A DNA stretch of 64,000 nt from a virus, in IMG/VR virus record IMGVR_UViG_3300029267_000581, positions 1-64,000 of that record; one strand, 5' to 3'. Below are positions 18,755-28,352 of the stretch, piece after piece. The position numbers and the translations under genes were made by a program. Position 1 is the first letter of the stretch, and each line of letters starts with the position of its first letter. A model generated the notes under the pieces. The model did not search any database. It saw only the letters and a list, made by a program, of their open reading frames with translations, and had not been told where the DNA came from.

Positions 18755-19621
18755 TCAGAGAAGCGCCATCGGAACACGTCTCCACTTGGACTGCAAAGAG
18801 GGGATGAGTCCAGGTGTGTTCTGGTCCCCTCGCAACTCCTTGTGGTGTTGGATGATCCTGGCCGAGAAAGCAGCGTTCTCAGCCGACGCCGTGGTGTTGA
18901 CCGACCTGCTGATACCGTCCACGGAGACCGACATACTGGCGATACCGGCCCCAATTTGCAGATCGCCCAAGATGTTCAACGGGTGGATTGCCGCCTGGAG
19001 CCCGATAGCCCTCACGATACTGGCTGGCAGGTCACGACGCTTCGGGTCAGCCGGTAGCCCGTCGAGCCCCGCATCGTAGACGACCTTGAAGAACGATGGG
19101 GAGTAGTTTGCATTCAGGATACCCTCGAAAAGAAGAGGGTTCACCCCGTTTGCTCCCAGAAAGGAACCCGTCTGTGGGAGAATTTGCAGCGTACCGAAAA
19201 GGGAGGCTTGACCGTGAATCTGCAACATCGACCTCGGGACTTCCCATAGAATCTGTGCCCCCTCGTCCTCCCCGTACTGGAGCGTCAGAGAATGCACCTG
19301 AATCACAGGGTACTTGTCGAGATCGAGGATGTTGTACTCGTGCCAGAGGTCACGGTCGTAATCGTGGTACTCCTCACGTTGCTCATAGGCCCGGATGGAC
19401 ACCTGGAGCACGTCCTCCAAGGCGTCAACAGCGGCTTCTATTGCCTCATTGATGGTGTCAGCCGGGAGGACTTCGTTCTTCTTCTGCGGGTTCGGAAGAA
19501 CCAACGTGCCGTCAGACTCCTCACGATACAGCCCGAAGAAGTGGGTGCGGAGTAGCCACTGATCGTCCAGGTCGCTCAGATGCCTCGGAGCCCGAGGTGG
19601 TCGATCCGTGGCGGCAGCCAT
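18755..19621 (-). CDS. Head-tail adaptor (gp6-like connector) candidate
   Basis: 288 aa. INEAIEAAVDALEDVLQVSI ... LDLDKYPVIQVHSLTLQYG resembles the layout of head-tail connector proteins. The position after the capsid genes also fits. Confidence 0.45.
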   Translation of the reverse strand: MAAATDRPPRAPRHLSDLDDQWLLRTHFFGLYREESDGTLVLPNPQKKNEVLPADTINEAIEAAVDALEDVLQVSIRAYEQREEYHDYDRDLWHEYNILDLDKYPVIQVHSLTLQYGEDEGAQILWEVPRSMLQIHGQASLFGTLQILPQTGSFLGANGVNPLLFEGILNANYSPSFFKVVYDAGLDGLPADPKRRDLPASIVRAIGLQAAIHPLNILGDLQIGAGIASMSVSVDGISRSVNTTASAENAAFSARIIQHHKELRGDQNTPGLIPSLQSKWRRVPMALL

Positions 19622-20094
19622 CAGCCCTCACTCGCTTCCTGTTCGAGTGCCTCCGCGATGGCGGCCTTGAGCTTCTTCTTCGGCATCTTGAGAGCCTTGT
19701 TCTCACTGCGGAGACCGAGGAAGAGGGTGTAGAGCACAGAAGGATCACGCTCGTCGATGTCTGCGAGGACGACGTTGATGATCCTGGCAGCACTTCGATG
19801 ACGCCTGACAGCCTCCAGCGCATCGTCAGAGACGACAGGCGTAGGCTTTGCAGCCGGGGGGAGTACAGGGTCAGCGTCGGGTGCCGCTTCGATGTCAGCG
19901 TCAGAAGGCTCCGACGCCATGCGCTCGACGGTGTACGTCTGTCCGTGGTCGTTCTTGACCTTCTTCGCAAGCTCGTCATCATCGACGACTGCGATACCGT
20001 ACTGGAACTCGACGATCTCTCCGCAGAGACCGACGCTATACTCAGCCGCGCGTGCAGCCGAGGAAGCCAAACGCTTCATTCGGATAGTGTGCAT
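19621..20094 (-). CDS. Hypothetical protein
   Basis: 157-aa ORF sharing a 1-nt overlap with the next gene. Confidence 0.5.
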   Translation of the reverse strand: MHTIRMKRLASSAARAAEYSVGLCGEIVEFQYGIAVVDDDELAKKVKNDHGQTYTVERMASEPSDADIEAAPDADPVLPPAAKPTPVVSDDALEAVRRHRSAARIINVVLADIDERDPSVLYTLFLGLRSENKALKMPKKKLKAAIAEALEQEASEG

Positions 20095-20125
20095 TGTTCA
20101 CCTCTGAAGGGGGCTCGGCAGAGAA

Positions 20126-20186
20126 GGGGGGTGAGGCCCCACCAGGCACAAAAGCGTCTGATGGACCTCACCCCCCAACCCCAACC
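20126..20186 (-). terminator. Hairpin / weak terminator after the capsid gene pair
   Basis: Perfect 11-bp stem GGGGGGTGAGG / CCTCACCCCCC on the minus strand, followed by TTCTCT (a poor U tract). Confidence 0.5.
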
Positions 20187-20218
20187 GAGGCAGGAGACGA
20201 GACGTGATCGGACGACGA

Positions 20219-20755
20219 TCACATATTGATGTCCGGCAGCTCCGTCGGCTTCTCGGCGGTGATGCGGTCAGCGTATCCGTTCGTCACCCATGCGGTGAGA
20301 AACACCGTGACGCCAGGGTTGAAGCTGGCAGGGATCTGAATGGTACAGACCGGGCACTCACCGGCAGGGATGGCCGGAGGAGGAACAGGAGCGGCTGAGA
20401 GAGCATCGGAGACGGTCTGAGTCAACGCGCCTGCGTCGTCGATGGAGACCGTGACAGCCTTGAACTCACCGGCTGCGGTTGCAGCTCCAGCGGCGACGGC
20501 GATGTCTTGCGTGATGGCCTTGGAGTACAAGGCCCCACCGATCTCATAGTCGAACGCAGCCGAGATCTCCATCTGGGTGTTGCCACCACCGCCCGTGTTC
20601 TGGACGACGGTCGGGTTGCCGAGAAGGCGAGCCGAGTCGATCTCGAAAAGCTCGCGGAGCAACTTGACCCAGTTGTAGAACCGACTCCCCAGCTTGAACC
20701 TGCCGAATGGATACGGAGCCGTATCCATCTGCTTGACGCTTCCGGGAGTGGTCAT
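20219..20755 (-). CDS. Hypothetical protein following the major capsid protein (decoration/auxiliary capsid candidate)
   Basis: 178-aa ORF. Assignment is by position only. Confidence 0.45.
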   Translation of the reverse strand: MTTPGSVKQMDTAPYPFGRFKLGSRFYNWVKLLRELFEIDSARLLGNPTVVQNTGGGGNTQMEISAAFDYEIGGALYSKAITQDIAVAAGAATAAGEFKAVTVSIDDAGALTQTVSDALSAAPVPPPAIPAGECPVCTIQIPASFNPGVTVFLTAWVTNGYADRITAEKPTELPDINM

Positions 20756-20766
20756 GCGCTACCCCC

Positions 20767-22224
20767 TTATGGCGTCCGGTAGCCGACGTTGCGGAACTCG
20801 ACCCACCTGTTCGGAATCCTGCACACGAAGGAGATGAACATGACGAGTGCGAACCGCTCCGAGAGGGAGATGTTCGCGAGACCGATGCGAGTGAAGGGGA
20901 GAAGCTGGCTGAGATGCAGCACGTTCTCCGACAGCTCGCCGAGCCAGCACCGCTCGGTGCCAGGCATGTTCTCACCGTTGTCGTCCCAGGTGGTCGTGCC
21001 GCCGGGGGTGACGTTGGCGAGGGAAACACGAGCCACGCAGCCCCAGTCGCTCTCGTTCCCGTCAGCGTCGGTGTCCTTGCGGTAGATCGCCGCGTAGGTC
21101 GGCTGATTGGTGAAGGCAGCGGGGTTGGTGATCGTGACGCGGACGTTCTGCGTCTCGCGCTGGGCGTAGGTGATGGCCTGCGACGCCGGGGTCGACGTGA
21201 CGGGGACACCCTCGCCGTAGCGGTTGCCGTAACTGACCTGATACTCGACGCTGGCCGAGGAGCCGGTGCCCTTGGCGGTGAGCCCGAGGGACTTCCCCCA
21301 CTCGGCAGTGGCGGCTGTCAGCGCGATGGTGACCGTGGGAGCAGGGGACGGCGCGTTGTCGGGGGCCGACGTGACGGGCTGCTCCTTGGTGAGACCGGAG
21401 TAGAGGTACAGGGTGCGCGGGATATACGTCCCGCCAGCGGTCTCGATGCGGTCGATTCGGGAACCGACGACCATGCCCGCGTTGTTCCCCTCGTACTTCT
21501 GCTGGAGGCGGTACGAGGATGCGAAGTCCTCGATGACCTTGTTCGACCCGTACATGCGGTTCGCCACGCCTCGTGCGTCGATGACCACCTGACCGGCCTG
21601 TTTGAGGTGCCCCTCTTCCAGAGGCTCGCCCCAGAGGTTGATCACGGAGTCTGCCCAGGCATCGCGCTCGACGAACGTCTCCAGCCCGTCGATCTCCTCG
21701 AACTCGGCACCGTTGACGCCGAGCTTGGCGTTGCCCTTGAACAGAGCCCGTTCGAGCTGCCCGACGAGCCACATGGTTCCGGTGTCGGTGACCTCTGCAC
21801 GCTTCTCGACGAGAGTGTCCGTGTAGAGGAACGGCATCTCGATCTCGCGGACGTCACCGAGGAACTTGACCAGGGCGACGTTGCGGTCGTAGGCCGCGTC
21901 ATGGCTGAGAGGCAGCTCACCAGCTCGGTAGAAGCCCCCATGCCGCGAACCGACGTCCGTGCGCCGCGCATACTCGATGGCGGTGGAGCGGGCGTTCGGC
22001 TTGGGCAGATCGCGGAAGAACGTGACCTGGCGCATGGTCTCGGTGAGCACGGCCAGAGTGCTTTCGAGGAACTCCAGACGCCAGGCACCGCCACCCGTCT
22101 GGGTCGTGCCGCCGACGTCGTATCCGGCCCCGATGGCCTTCTGGAGTGCGTCGAACTCCTGAGCGGGGACTGCCCCGAAACCGAATCCGGGGGAGCCAGC
22201 CGCGAATGAAGCAAGCTGATTCAT
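20767..22224 (-). CDS. Major capsid protein
   Basis: 485-aa ORF following protease and scaffold. It is preceded by a strong hairpin and GGAGGA. The assignment rests on module order and size. Confidence 0.8.
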   Translation of the reverse strand: MNQLASFAAGSPGFGFGAVPAQEFDALQKAIGAGYDVGGTTQTGGGAWRLEFLESTLAVLTETMRQVTFFRDLPKPNARSTAIEYARRTDVGSRHGGFYRAGELPLSHDAAYDRNVALVKFLGDVREIEMPFLYTDTLVEKRAEVTDTGTMWLVGQLERALFKGNAKLGVNGAEFEEIDGLETFVERDAWADSVINLWGEPLEEGHLKQAGQVVIDARGVANRMYGSNKVIEDFASSYRLQQKYEGNNAGMVVGSRIDRIETAGGTYIPRTLYLYSGLTKEQPVTSAPDNAPSPAPTVTIALTAATAEWGKSLGLTAKGTGSSASVEYQVSYGNRYGEGVPVTSTPASQAITYAQRETQNVRVTITNPAAFTNQPTYAAIYRKDTDADGNESDWGCVARVSLANVTPGGTTTWDDNGENMPGTERCWLGELSENVLHLSQLLPFTRIGLANISLSERFALVMFISFVCRIPNRWVEFRNVGYRTP

Positions 22225-22255
22225 TTCAGAAAATCCTCCTGTAGGACAGCAAAGC

Positions 22256-22288
22256 GGGGGCGGTGATCTGACTTAGATCACCGCCCCC
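22256..22288 (-). promoter_or_regulatory. Perfect 14-bp stem-loop GGGGGCGGTGATCT-5 nt-AGATCACCGCCCCC, 32 nt upstream of the capsid start
   Basis: Direct reading. The loop and inner stem contain a variant of the GATC-bracketed element. No good U tract follows. Confidence 0.75.
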
Positions 22289-22328
22289 ACCTATGCCGAA
22301 GTTTGAACGTGGAACGAGAACTCAGAAC

Positions 22329-22517
22329 CTAGACCCTGCCGCCGGGGCCGAAGGGTCGACCGCCGACCGCGATGCCGGGACCGGCGACCGGGACACGACG
22401 ACGCTCCATGTAGCGACGGGCAGCCGCCTCGGTGCGGGGGACGTTCTCGATCATGACGCCACCGCCTCGGGTGCGGCCGGTGATGCGCTGGACGTGAAGA
22501 AAGATGCTGCGGTACAT
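22329..22517 (-). CDS. Small basic hypothetical protein (62 aa from the internal ATG with AAGGAGAG upstream)
   Basis: Part of the 78-aa ORF. The start was chosen by Shine-Dalgarno position. Confidence 0.45.
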   Translation of the reverse strand: MYRSIFLHVQRITGRTRGGGVMIENVPRTEAAARRYMERRRVPVAGPGIAVGGRPFGPGGRV

Positions 22518-22584
22518 GGTACTCTCCTTGATTGACTCAGGTTTTGTGCGGCCCTGAACAATCAACCGTTCTGCACTAACGCGA

Positions 22585-23274
22585 CTACTCGGCGTCGGGG
22601 GCTCGCAGGGCGGAGGTCAGGAGTTCCCGACCCTTCTGCGACATCCGGGGAACGATCTCATGCACAGGCATGAGACTCGCGGACGACTCCAGGAGGACAA
22701 GATCGTTCCGCAAGTCCAGCTTGGCGGGATCTTCCTCGGAGGCGGCATCGAAAGCCTTGCGAAGCTCGGCGTTCGCCGTCGCCGCGAGTGCGGCGTTGTT
22801 CAGCGGCGCTGCCGGTGCTGGAGGCGGATCGCCATGAGGCTGCGGCTCGGTGATCGACTTCTGCATCGCTGCCGCCTCGGCCTCGCTCATCGCGGGCCGA
22901 GCACCTGAAGCGGGCTGGGAGCCGATGGCGTCGAGCTTCTCATGAAGCAGCTCCACCTGTTCGGACAGACCCACGAGACCCTTGACGAGCAGCGCGGTGG
23001 CTTGGAGGTTGCCGTTGAGGGCGTTCTCCATCACCATCGAGTTGCCATCGAGAAGCTCGATCTGGGCCTTGAGGAACTCGTCTGCGTCGATGTACTGGAC
23101 CAGCTCGTCGGTGTCGGTGCCCTTCTTGAGCGCGACGGACGGAGCCTGATCAGGCTGCTCCTCGGAAGGCTCCTCGATGGGGTCCTCCTCGGGGGCACCG
23201 TCGAGAGGCTCGGACGAAGCGCCTTTCTGGAGCGCATCGAAAGCCTCGTTGAAGTTGTTTGCGAAATCTCCCAT
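22585..23274 (-). CDS. Scaffolding protein
   Basis: 229 aa from MGDFANNF, with GAGGAGG upstream. It is acidic, helical and low-complexity, and lies between the protease and the capsid gene. Confidence 0.65.
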   Translation of the reverse strand: MGDFANNFNEAFDALQKGASSEPLDGAPEEDPIEEPSEEQPDQAPSVALKKGTDTDELVQYIDADEFLKAQIELLDGNSMVMENALNGNLQATALLVKGLVGLSEQVELLHEKLDAIGSQPASGARPAMSEAEAAAMQKSITEPQPHGDPPPAPAAPLNNAALAATANAELRKAFDAASEEDPAKLDLRNDLVLLESSASLMPVHEIVPRMSQKGRELLTSALRAPDAE

Positions 23275-23285
23275 TGGTTTCCTCC

Positions 23286-24116
23286 TCAGAGACCGAATAT
23301 GCTCATACACGCCTCGACCGGCTGACCGGTTGTGAGGTGCATATACAGAGCGCCTTCGGCCTTCGTCAGGTTGCCGCCTCGAAGCTGGGAGATGCTCCCA
23401 AACTGACGACAGACAGCCTCGTGTTGCTCGCCATTCCGTGCAAGCTCATCTCTCAGGTTGAACGGAATCAGATCACCTGCCGAGACGGGAGTAGTCCCGG
23501 AAGCCTTCTGAATCGCACCAACCAGAGACCGAGCAAGCCGGTCCATCACGTCGCCGTCGAATGGCGGCGGGTTGAACTGCTCCGCCGGGACCTCTTCGTC
23601 CAGAGCGATCCCCTTGAGCAGCGCCCGAACAGGGGCGTTGTCGTTCTTGGGATTGCCCGTCACGGCGATGTTGAAAACGGTTGCCTTCTTGACCGTACCC
23701 TTCGGAGACCGCGCACCGACCTTACCTTCCAGGGAAAGCCCGAGGGTGCGTTCGACCTTGTCCTCCTCCAGAGACTTTGCGAGCTTCCAGACCGAGGGGG
23801 CCATTGGCCGCGACGGCAAAAGCTCCAGCTCCGTGTAGAGGCACTTCCCGAAGCCTGGACGGTCACGCAACTCCGCGACCAGGGGGACGCCGATGATCCC
23901 ATCGGGGTCTTGCCGGTGGTTCCAGTTGACCCACCCCTTCTTGAGCAAGGGCTTGACATCAAGCCCTTCCTGCAAGACCCGTTCACCATCGTCGTCAAGT
24001 GTTGGGGCAGAAGCCCACCCGTACAAAAGCATTCGCTCCTTGTCCGTGCCTGCGCCAGCCTTCACCAGACCAACGTCGTCGAAGGCGCAGACAATGTCTG
24101 TTCCGTGCTCGTACAA
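23286..24116 (-). CDS. Prohead maturation protease (HK97/S78-like)
   Basis: 276 aa with a TTG start 7 nt after GAGGAGG. The VNWNH and LGLSLEGK motifs resemble the His and Ser regions of HK97-type prohead proteases. Confidence 0.75.
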   Translation of the reverse strand: MYEHGTDIVCAFDDVGLVKAGAGTDKERMLLYGWASAPTLDDDGERVLQEGLDVKPLLKKGWVNWNHRQDPDGIIGVPLVAELRDRPGFGKCLYTELELLPSRPMAPSVWKLAKSLEEDKVERTLGLSLEGKVGARSPKGTVKKATVFNIAVTGNPKNDNAPVRALLKGIALDEEVPAEQFNPPPFDGDVMDRLARSLVGAIQKASGTTPVSAGDLIPFNLRDELARNGEQHEAVCRQFGSISQLRGGNLTKAEGALYMHLTTGQPVEACMSIFGL

Positions 24117-24118
24117 AC

Positions 24119-27100
24119 TTAGTCCTCCTCATCATCCGTGCGTGGCTTACCTACCGGGGGAAGGGTCAGATTTACCTGCACCGGAGGTGATAGTACCGCC
24201 TTCGTAACAACTGCCCTTCTGGCTTCTGAACTGACTGTACCAGGCTTGGTCTCTGCGGACCTGGACGGGGGTGGAGCTTCCACCTTGGGCAACATACGCT
24301 CGACCTGTATAACGCGCCTCGTCCTGTCTCTGCCACGAGTTTCGACAATGACTGGACGGGTAGACGTAGCAGTCTCCCTCGGCTTCTTCTGGTCCTTGCG
24401 TGGGTGCATAGTACCGCCACGCTCGACGGGCCTATCACCAGTAGCAAGAGACTGAGGGCGTACCACGTCACCTTGCTTGTAGCTCAAAGGCGGCGAAACA
24501 AAGATGGTTCTGTGCTCCATCCTGTCACCTGATCGCTGTTGGATCGCCTCCTGCCCACCAGGGGACTTCATGGCGGCATCCCACAGCTCCAGGAGGTTTG
24601 TAGCCACCCGTGTACGCAGTAGCGGATCGTGTTGTACTGTCTCGTGCGGAGGGGGGCGCTCACCGGGAGGTGTTTGTATGCCCGAAATCTCCTGTGACCG
24701 AGCCTTGGCCTTCTTGCCAGCGGCGCGAACGATCTCACCACCACGCTCGGCTGCCTCGGCTAGCTCCAGAACCTTCGCTGTCGCCTCTCGACGAAGACGT
24801 CTGCTTGTCTGATGACGGGGGTTATACACACCTCTTTGCTGAGACGGCTCGATCTCGCCCTCTTCGTTTACACCAGCCATCGGGAAATCCTGCCCACCCT
24901 CGGTCAGTCGGCGGAAGGCGACCTTGCGTTCGTTACTCCGTGACCAGGCTTCCCTCTCCGGTGTACCAGCGGCAGGAATCTGGGGGGTCTCCCCAGTGTG
25001 CCCCTCGAATCCAGGCGGAATATACCAGTTGGCGGGGTTTGCAGCCTCACCTAGAGCGAACTGCTTTCCGGTAGGAACCCAGCCTTTGCGTAGATTCACG
25101 ATCTCTGTGACAGAAGGAAGAGCGTTGGGGTGCCCAGGTGTGAGAAACCCGTTCATCTTCACGAGCTTGCGAAGCTGGGAAGCGCGTTCGTGCCACTTCT
25201 CGAAATCTTCCTTCTCCACAATGGAGTACAAAGGCTGCCAGGGGTACTGGCGCTCCTCAGAAGAGCCCGAGTGCAACATCTTGTGGTTGTAGACCTCGGG
25301 CTCATTCCAGCTTGCGTGGGCTCCTGGAAGCCTGTACCGCCTACGCATAGTAGGACCAGACTCGACCTTCGGCGGCACAAATGTTGGGTCGGCTGAAGCC
25401 AAACGAGCAAACCGCCTACGCCTCTCGACGTCGGCAGGAAGCTCCTGTCCAGGCTTGGGTCGACTGCGAGCGGCGAACCTTGAACCCTGACCACGGCTTT
25501 CTGCGATCTCTCGCATGACGCGCTTACGAGCGGCTATTGCCGATCTTTGTCGGATCAGCGCGTCACGCTCGGCGTCGGCTAGATGCAAAGGCCCCAAAGG
25601 ACCCATATCCATCGTTTTGCCGTGTTCCTTCAGCTCCTCCGTTGTGACGCCACCGTGCTTCCTCTGGTTGTACTCAGGGGAACGGAGCTTCTCGCGCATC
25701 GCCATGTGATAGGCGACAGGAGCGATAGCACCACGGAAGTCAGCCACGTTACGAGGTTGCTCTTCTGTACTCAGCTTCTCCAGGACATCCCTGCGTATGT
25801 TACCGCGAGAGTCCATCGGAACGCCGGGGTAGTTCTGCATCCCGATTGTGGCTTGCCACAAAGGGGCTACAGTTGGAGGCTTGAGCTTCGGCTTTGCCTT
25901 GTCAGTCCGCATCATCTTGCGAATCTGTTTGTTGGCTCTGTCGATCTGCTCCCGCTCGTACTGTATCTGTTGCCAACGATCCTCGACGTCGCTTTTGTCG
26001 AATCCCTTTCCTTGCTTGTTCCAGGACCGACGAAGCTCGTTCTTGGACTTCGGGTGCGCCGCCAGAGTAGCCTCGTTCCGCGAAAGCTGCTTCACGAGAC
26101 CGTCAATGACAGTGCTATCCACCTCGTAGTTCTGATGCTCCAGTGGAAGACCTGGAAACAGCATGAGGTCTAGCATGGCTAGATCGTCAGCATCGAGCTT
26201 GTGGTGGTCTTCCTTCTCCACACCCCAAGCACGACGACGCTCCAGCGCGTTGATGAGTTCCTGCCGCACCTTCGCTGACATCTCCAACGTGGCTATGTGC
26301 GAAGGGTGTACGACGTGGTCAACTGGTATACGAGCAACGATCTCGTCGTTCGGGTCACCCGTCCAGACAGGGTCGCTGCGCCGCCCACGCTCATCGTATG
26401 TATACCGCCAGCCGCGCATTACGCGCTCCTGGTCCATAGGACCCCTGGCACCGACAGTCTGACCGATGGGAGAACCTTGAGATAGCAGGTTGGTCGTGAG
26501 AGCCGCGTCGGCGTACATATCTGCCGGGAGCCCCATTTCGGCCTTACTGCCCCCATCCTCATCCATACCCTCCGGCTTTGATGCCCCAGTCTGGACTGGA
26601 ATGGACCTCTCAACCATGCCCTCAAGGAACTTTTCCCAAGGCTCCTTGTTACCTTTCTTCGCAGCCTCCAGAGCCTTCTGGCCTTTCGGTTGCTCGGCGA
26701 GGTATTTATCAATATCGTACTTCTTGCCCTGCGCCGCTGTCTTGATGGAATCCCATGAAGGCTTTGCCCTGAAAATTCCAGCCATCCTCTCAGCCTGTTT
26801 CGCAGACTCGACGATGTCTGTCCAGATGCGCCACCGCTTCCAGGAACCCCCACGACGCTCGCGCAACGAGATGTTGGCTTGTCGCCACTCCCCGAGGCGT
26901 TCGCCTGCAAGCTGTAGGGCTTCGATCTCTATCCGATCATGCACCTCTCTGGCTATGTGACCAAAGATCGCCATTGCCGAATGTGGATCTAACCCCTTAC
27001 GGACGTGTTGCTCGTTTTCAGGGTCATACGTGATGAGTGCCTCGATGGCGGCTTCAAGACCAGCCGATATGGCACGCTCGGCGTCCTTCTTGGGCACCGT

Positions 27101-28342
27101 AGTCTGACCCCTACGCTGAAAGGCATTGGCGTAGATGTGATCCATCACACCACGTTGCCAGTAGCTCTTGGCCCACTCACCCTCGGGCACCTCGCCCTCT
27201 ATCGGGACAGAGCGGAGAATGCGATTGCCGTCAGCGTCGATGACAGCGTGACGTGCCCCCATGATCTCAGCCATGAGAGTGTCCCACTGGTCTGCTGTGA
27301 TGTTGTTGTCCCTACCGAAAGCAGCCTTGTTGATACTCGGTCGGCCAGAACTGTACGTGACAGGCAGCTTGAGTTCACCCTTGGCTACAGCCTCCAATGT
27401 GCCGAAATACTGATTCGACACAGAGTTTGGCTCTTGCTGCGGGATCTCCTCGACGAACGGATGTGCCTTATCTGGTATGATCGCTTTCAGATCAGCCGAC
27501 ACCCTTGCCCGCATGTGGTTGTTTACGTGCCACTCCAACATCTTCTGCAACTCTCTCTTCTCAGAGAGGGACAGATCGCGAGCAGCGTTGTAAAGCTCGG
27601 GGCGCGGTGTAGCTCCGACCTTGCGGAACTCCATCTCGCCCTTCTCATTCTTGCCGACAGGGATGGTAGCCAACGGCTCTCTCGACTCATGCGGCTTCTT
27701 GAAGATGTTGTCGTGCAACATCCTACGAACAAGACGCTGTAGGTGCTTCGCCCTCTCATCGTCGGGCATCTGCCCCCAGCCGTCCTTGTACTTTATGATC
27801 TCGGCAGCGTCGTTGGCTACCTCCTCGGCTAGCTGGCTTGCCCTCTCAGACACACCAGTACCAAGGTGCGAGATCTCGTCCTCTTTCTTGAGACGCGCCT
27901 CGACGTACTTCTTGCGCTCCCTGTCCTTTATACGCTTCAGCCTGGCTGCGTCCTCTTTCTCGATACCGTACTCGGCACGTAGAACAGAGTCCAGGTTCTT
28001 AGCGTCAAAGGCCGCAGCCGCCATGTCGGCGACCCCGAGGTTGGCAAGGAGGAGAGCCGCGTTGATGCGTTCGAGTGTGGCATGGCCTTCCTTGTGCCAT
28101 GCGTCCCAATCGTCCTCGTCGATGTAGACGATTGCCGGATACGGTCTATCGTGTTCCTGGAGGCGTGGTGCGTCCTTCACCTCCTCGTGTTCCTCGCGTT
28201 GCTTGACCGTCTTCATGTAGCCCTGGTGGTAGATGCCGGTTGGACCGACACCTGGACGCACCCAGACGCGCTTCGCGACCAGCCCTTTTTGGAGAGCAAG
28301 GCTGGTCAACGCCTGGCTATTTCGCGCACCGAGCTTTAGCAC
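24119..28342 (-). CDS. Very large (about 1400 aa) Lys/Arg/Glu-rich protein of unknown function in the head module (internal/ejected virion protein candidate)
   Basis: 1465-aa ORF. The first 58 codons overlap the S66 gene, so a GTG at 28342 (or the ATG at 28216) is the likelier start. I recognise no catalytic motif. Confidence 0.65.
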   Translation of the reverse strand: MLKLGARNSQALTSLALQKGLVAKRVWVRPGVGPTGIYHQGYMKTVKQREEHEEVKDAPRLQEHDRPYPAIVYIDEDDWDAWHKEGHATLERINAALLLANLGVADMAAAAFDAKNLDSVLRAEYGIEKEDAARLKRIKDRERKKYVEARLKKEDEISHLGTGVSERASQLAEEVANDAAEIIKYKDGWGQMPDDERAKHLQRLVRRMLHDNIFKKPHESREPLATIPVGKNEKGEMEFRKVGATPRPELYNAARDLSLSEKRELQKMLEWHVNNHMRARVSADLKAIIPDKAHPFVEEIPQQEPNSVSNQYFGTLEAVAKGELKLPVTYSSGRPSINKAAFGRDNNITADQWDTLMAEIMGARHAVIDADGNRILRSVPIEGEVPEGEWAKSYWQRGVMDHIYANAFQRRGQTTVPKKDAERAISAGLEAAIEALITYDPENEQHVRKGLDPHSAMAIFGHIAREVHDRIEIEALQLAGERLGEWRQANISLRERRGGSWKRWRIWTDIVESAKQAERMAGIFRAKPSWDSIKTAAQGKKYDIDKYLAEQPKGQKALEAAKKGNKEPWEKFLEGMVERSIPVQTGASKPEGMDEDGGSKAEMGLPADMYADAALTTNLLSQGSPIGQTVGARGPMDQERVMRGWRYTYDERGRRSDPVWTGDPNDEIVARIPVDHVVHPSHIATLEMSAKVRQELINALERRRAWGVEKEDHHKLDADDLAMLDLMLFPGLPLEHQNYEVDSTVIDGLVKQLSRNEATLAAHPKSKNELRRSWNKQGKGFDKSDVEDRWQQIQYEREQIDRANKQIRKMMRTDKAKPKLKPPTVAPLWQATIGMQNYPGVPMDSRGNIRRDVLEKLSTEEQPRNVADFRGAIAPVAYHMAMREKLRSPEYNQRKHGGVTTEELKEHGKTMDMGPLGPLHLADAERDALIRQRSAIAARKRVMREIAESRGQGSRFAARSRPKPGQELPADVERRRRFARLASADPTFVPPKVESGPTMRRRYRLPGAHASWNEPEVYNHKMLHSGSSEERQYPWQPLYSIVEKEDFEKWHERASQLRKLVKMNGFLTPGHPNALPSVTEIVNLRKGWVPTGKQFALGEAANPANWYIPPGFEGHTGETPQIPAAGTPEREAWSRSNERKVAFRRLTEGGQDFPMAGVNEEGEIEPSQQRGVYNPRHQTSRRLRREATAKVLELAEAAERGGEIVRAAGKKAKARSQEISGIQTPPGERPPPHETVQHDPLLRTRVATNLLELWDAAMKSPGGQEAIQQRSGDRMEHRTIFVSPPLSYKQGDVVRPQSLATGDRPVERGGTMHPRKDQKKPRETATSTRPVIVETRGRDRTRRVIQVERMLPKVEAPPPSRSAETKPGTVSSEARRAVVTKAVLSPPVQVNLTLPPVGKPRTDDEED

Positions 28343-28352
28343 ACGAATCGGT

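Noticed and set aside
20914-22209. Plus-strand 431-aa ORF and the alternative minus-frame ORFs 20544-21209 and 21062-21772
   Set aside because: All lie entirely within the major capsid gene. Their Arg/Gly/Asp-rich low-complexity translations and lack of start context mark them as shadow ORFs.
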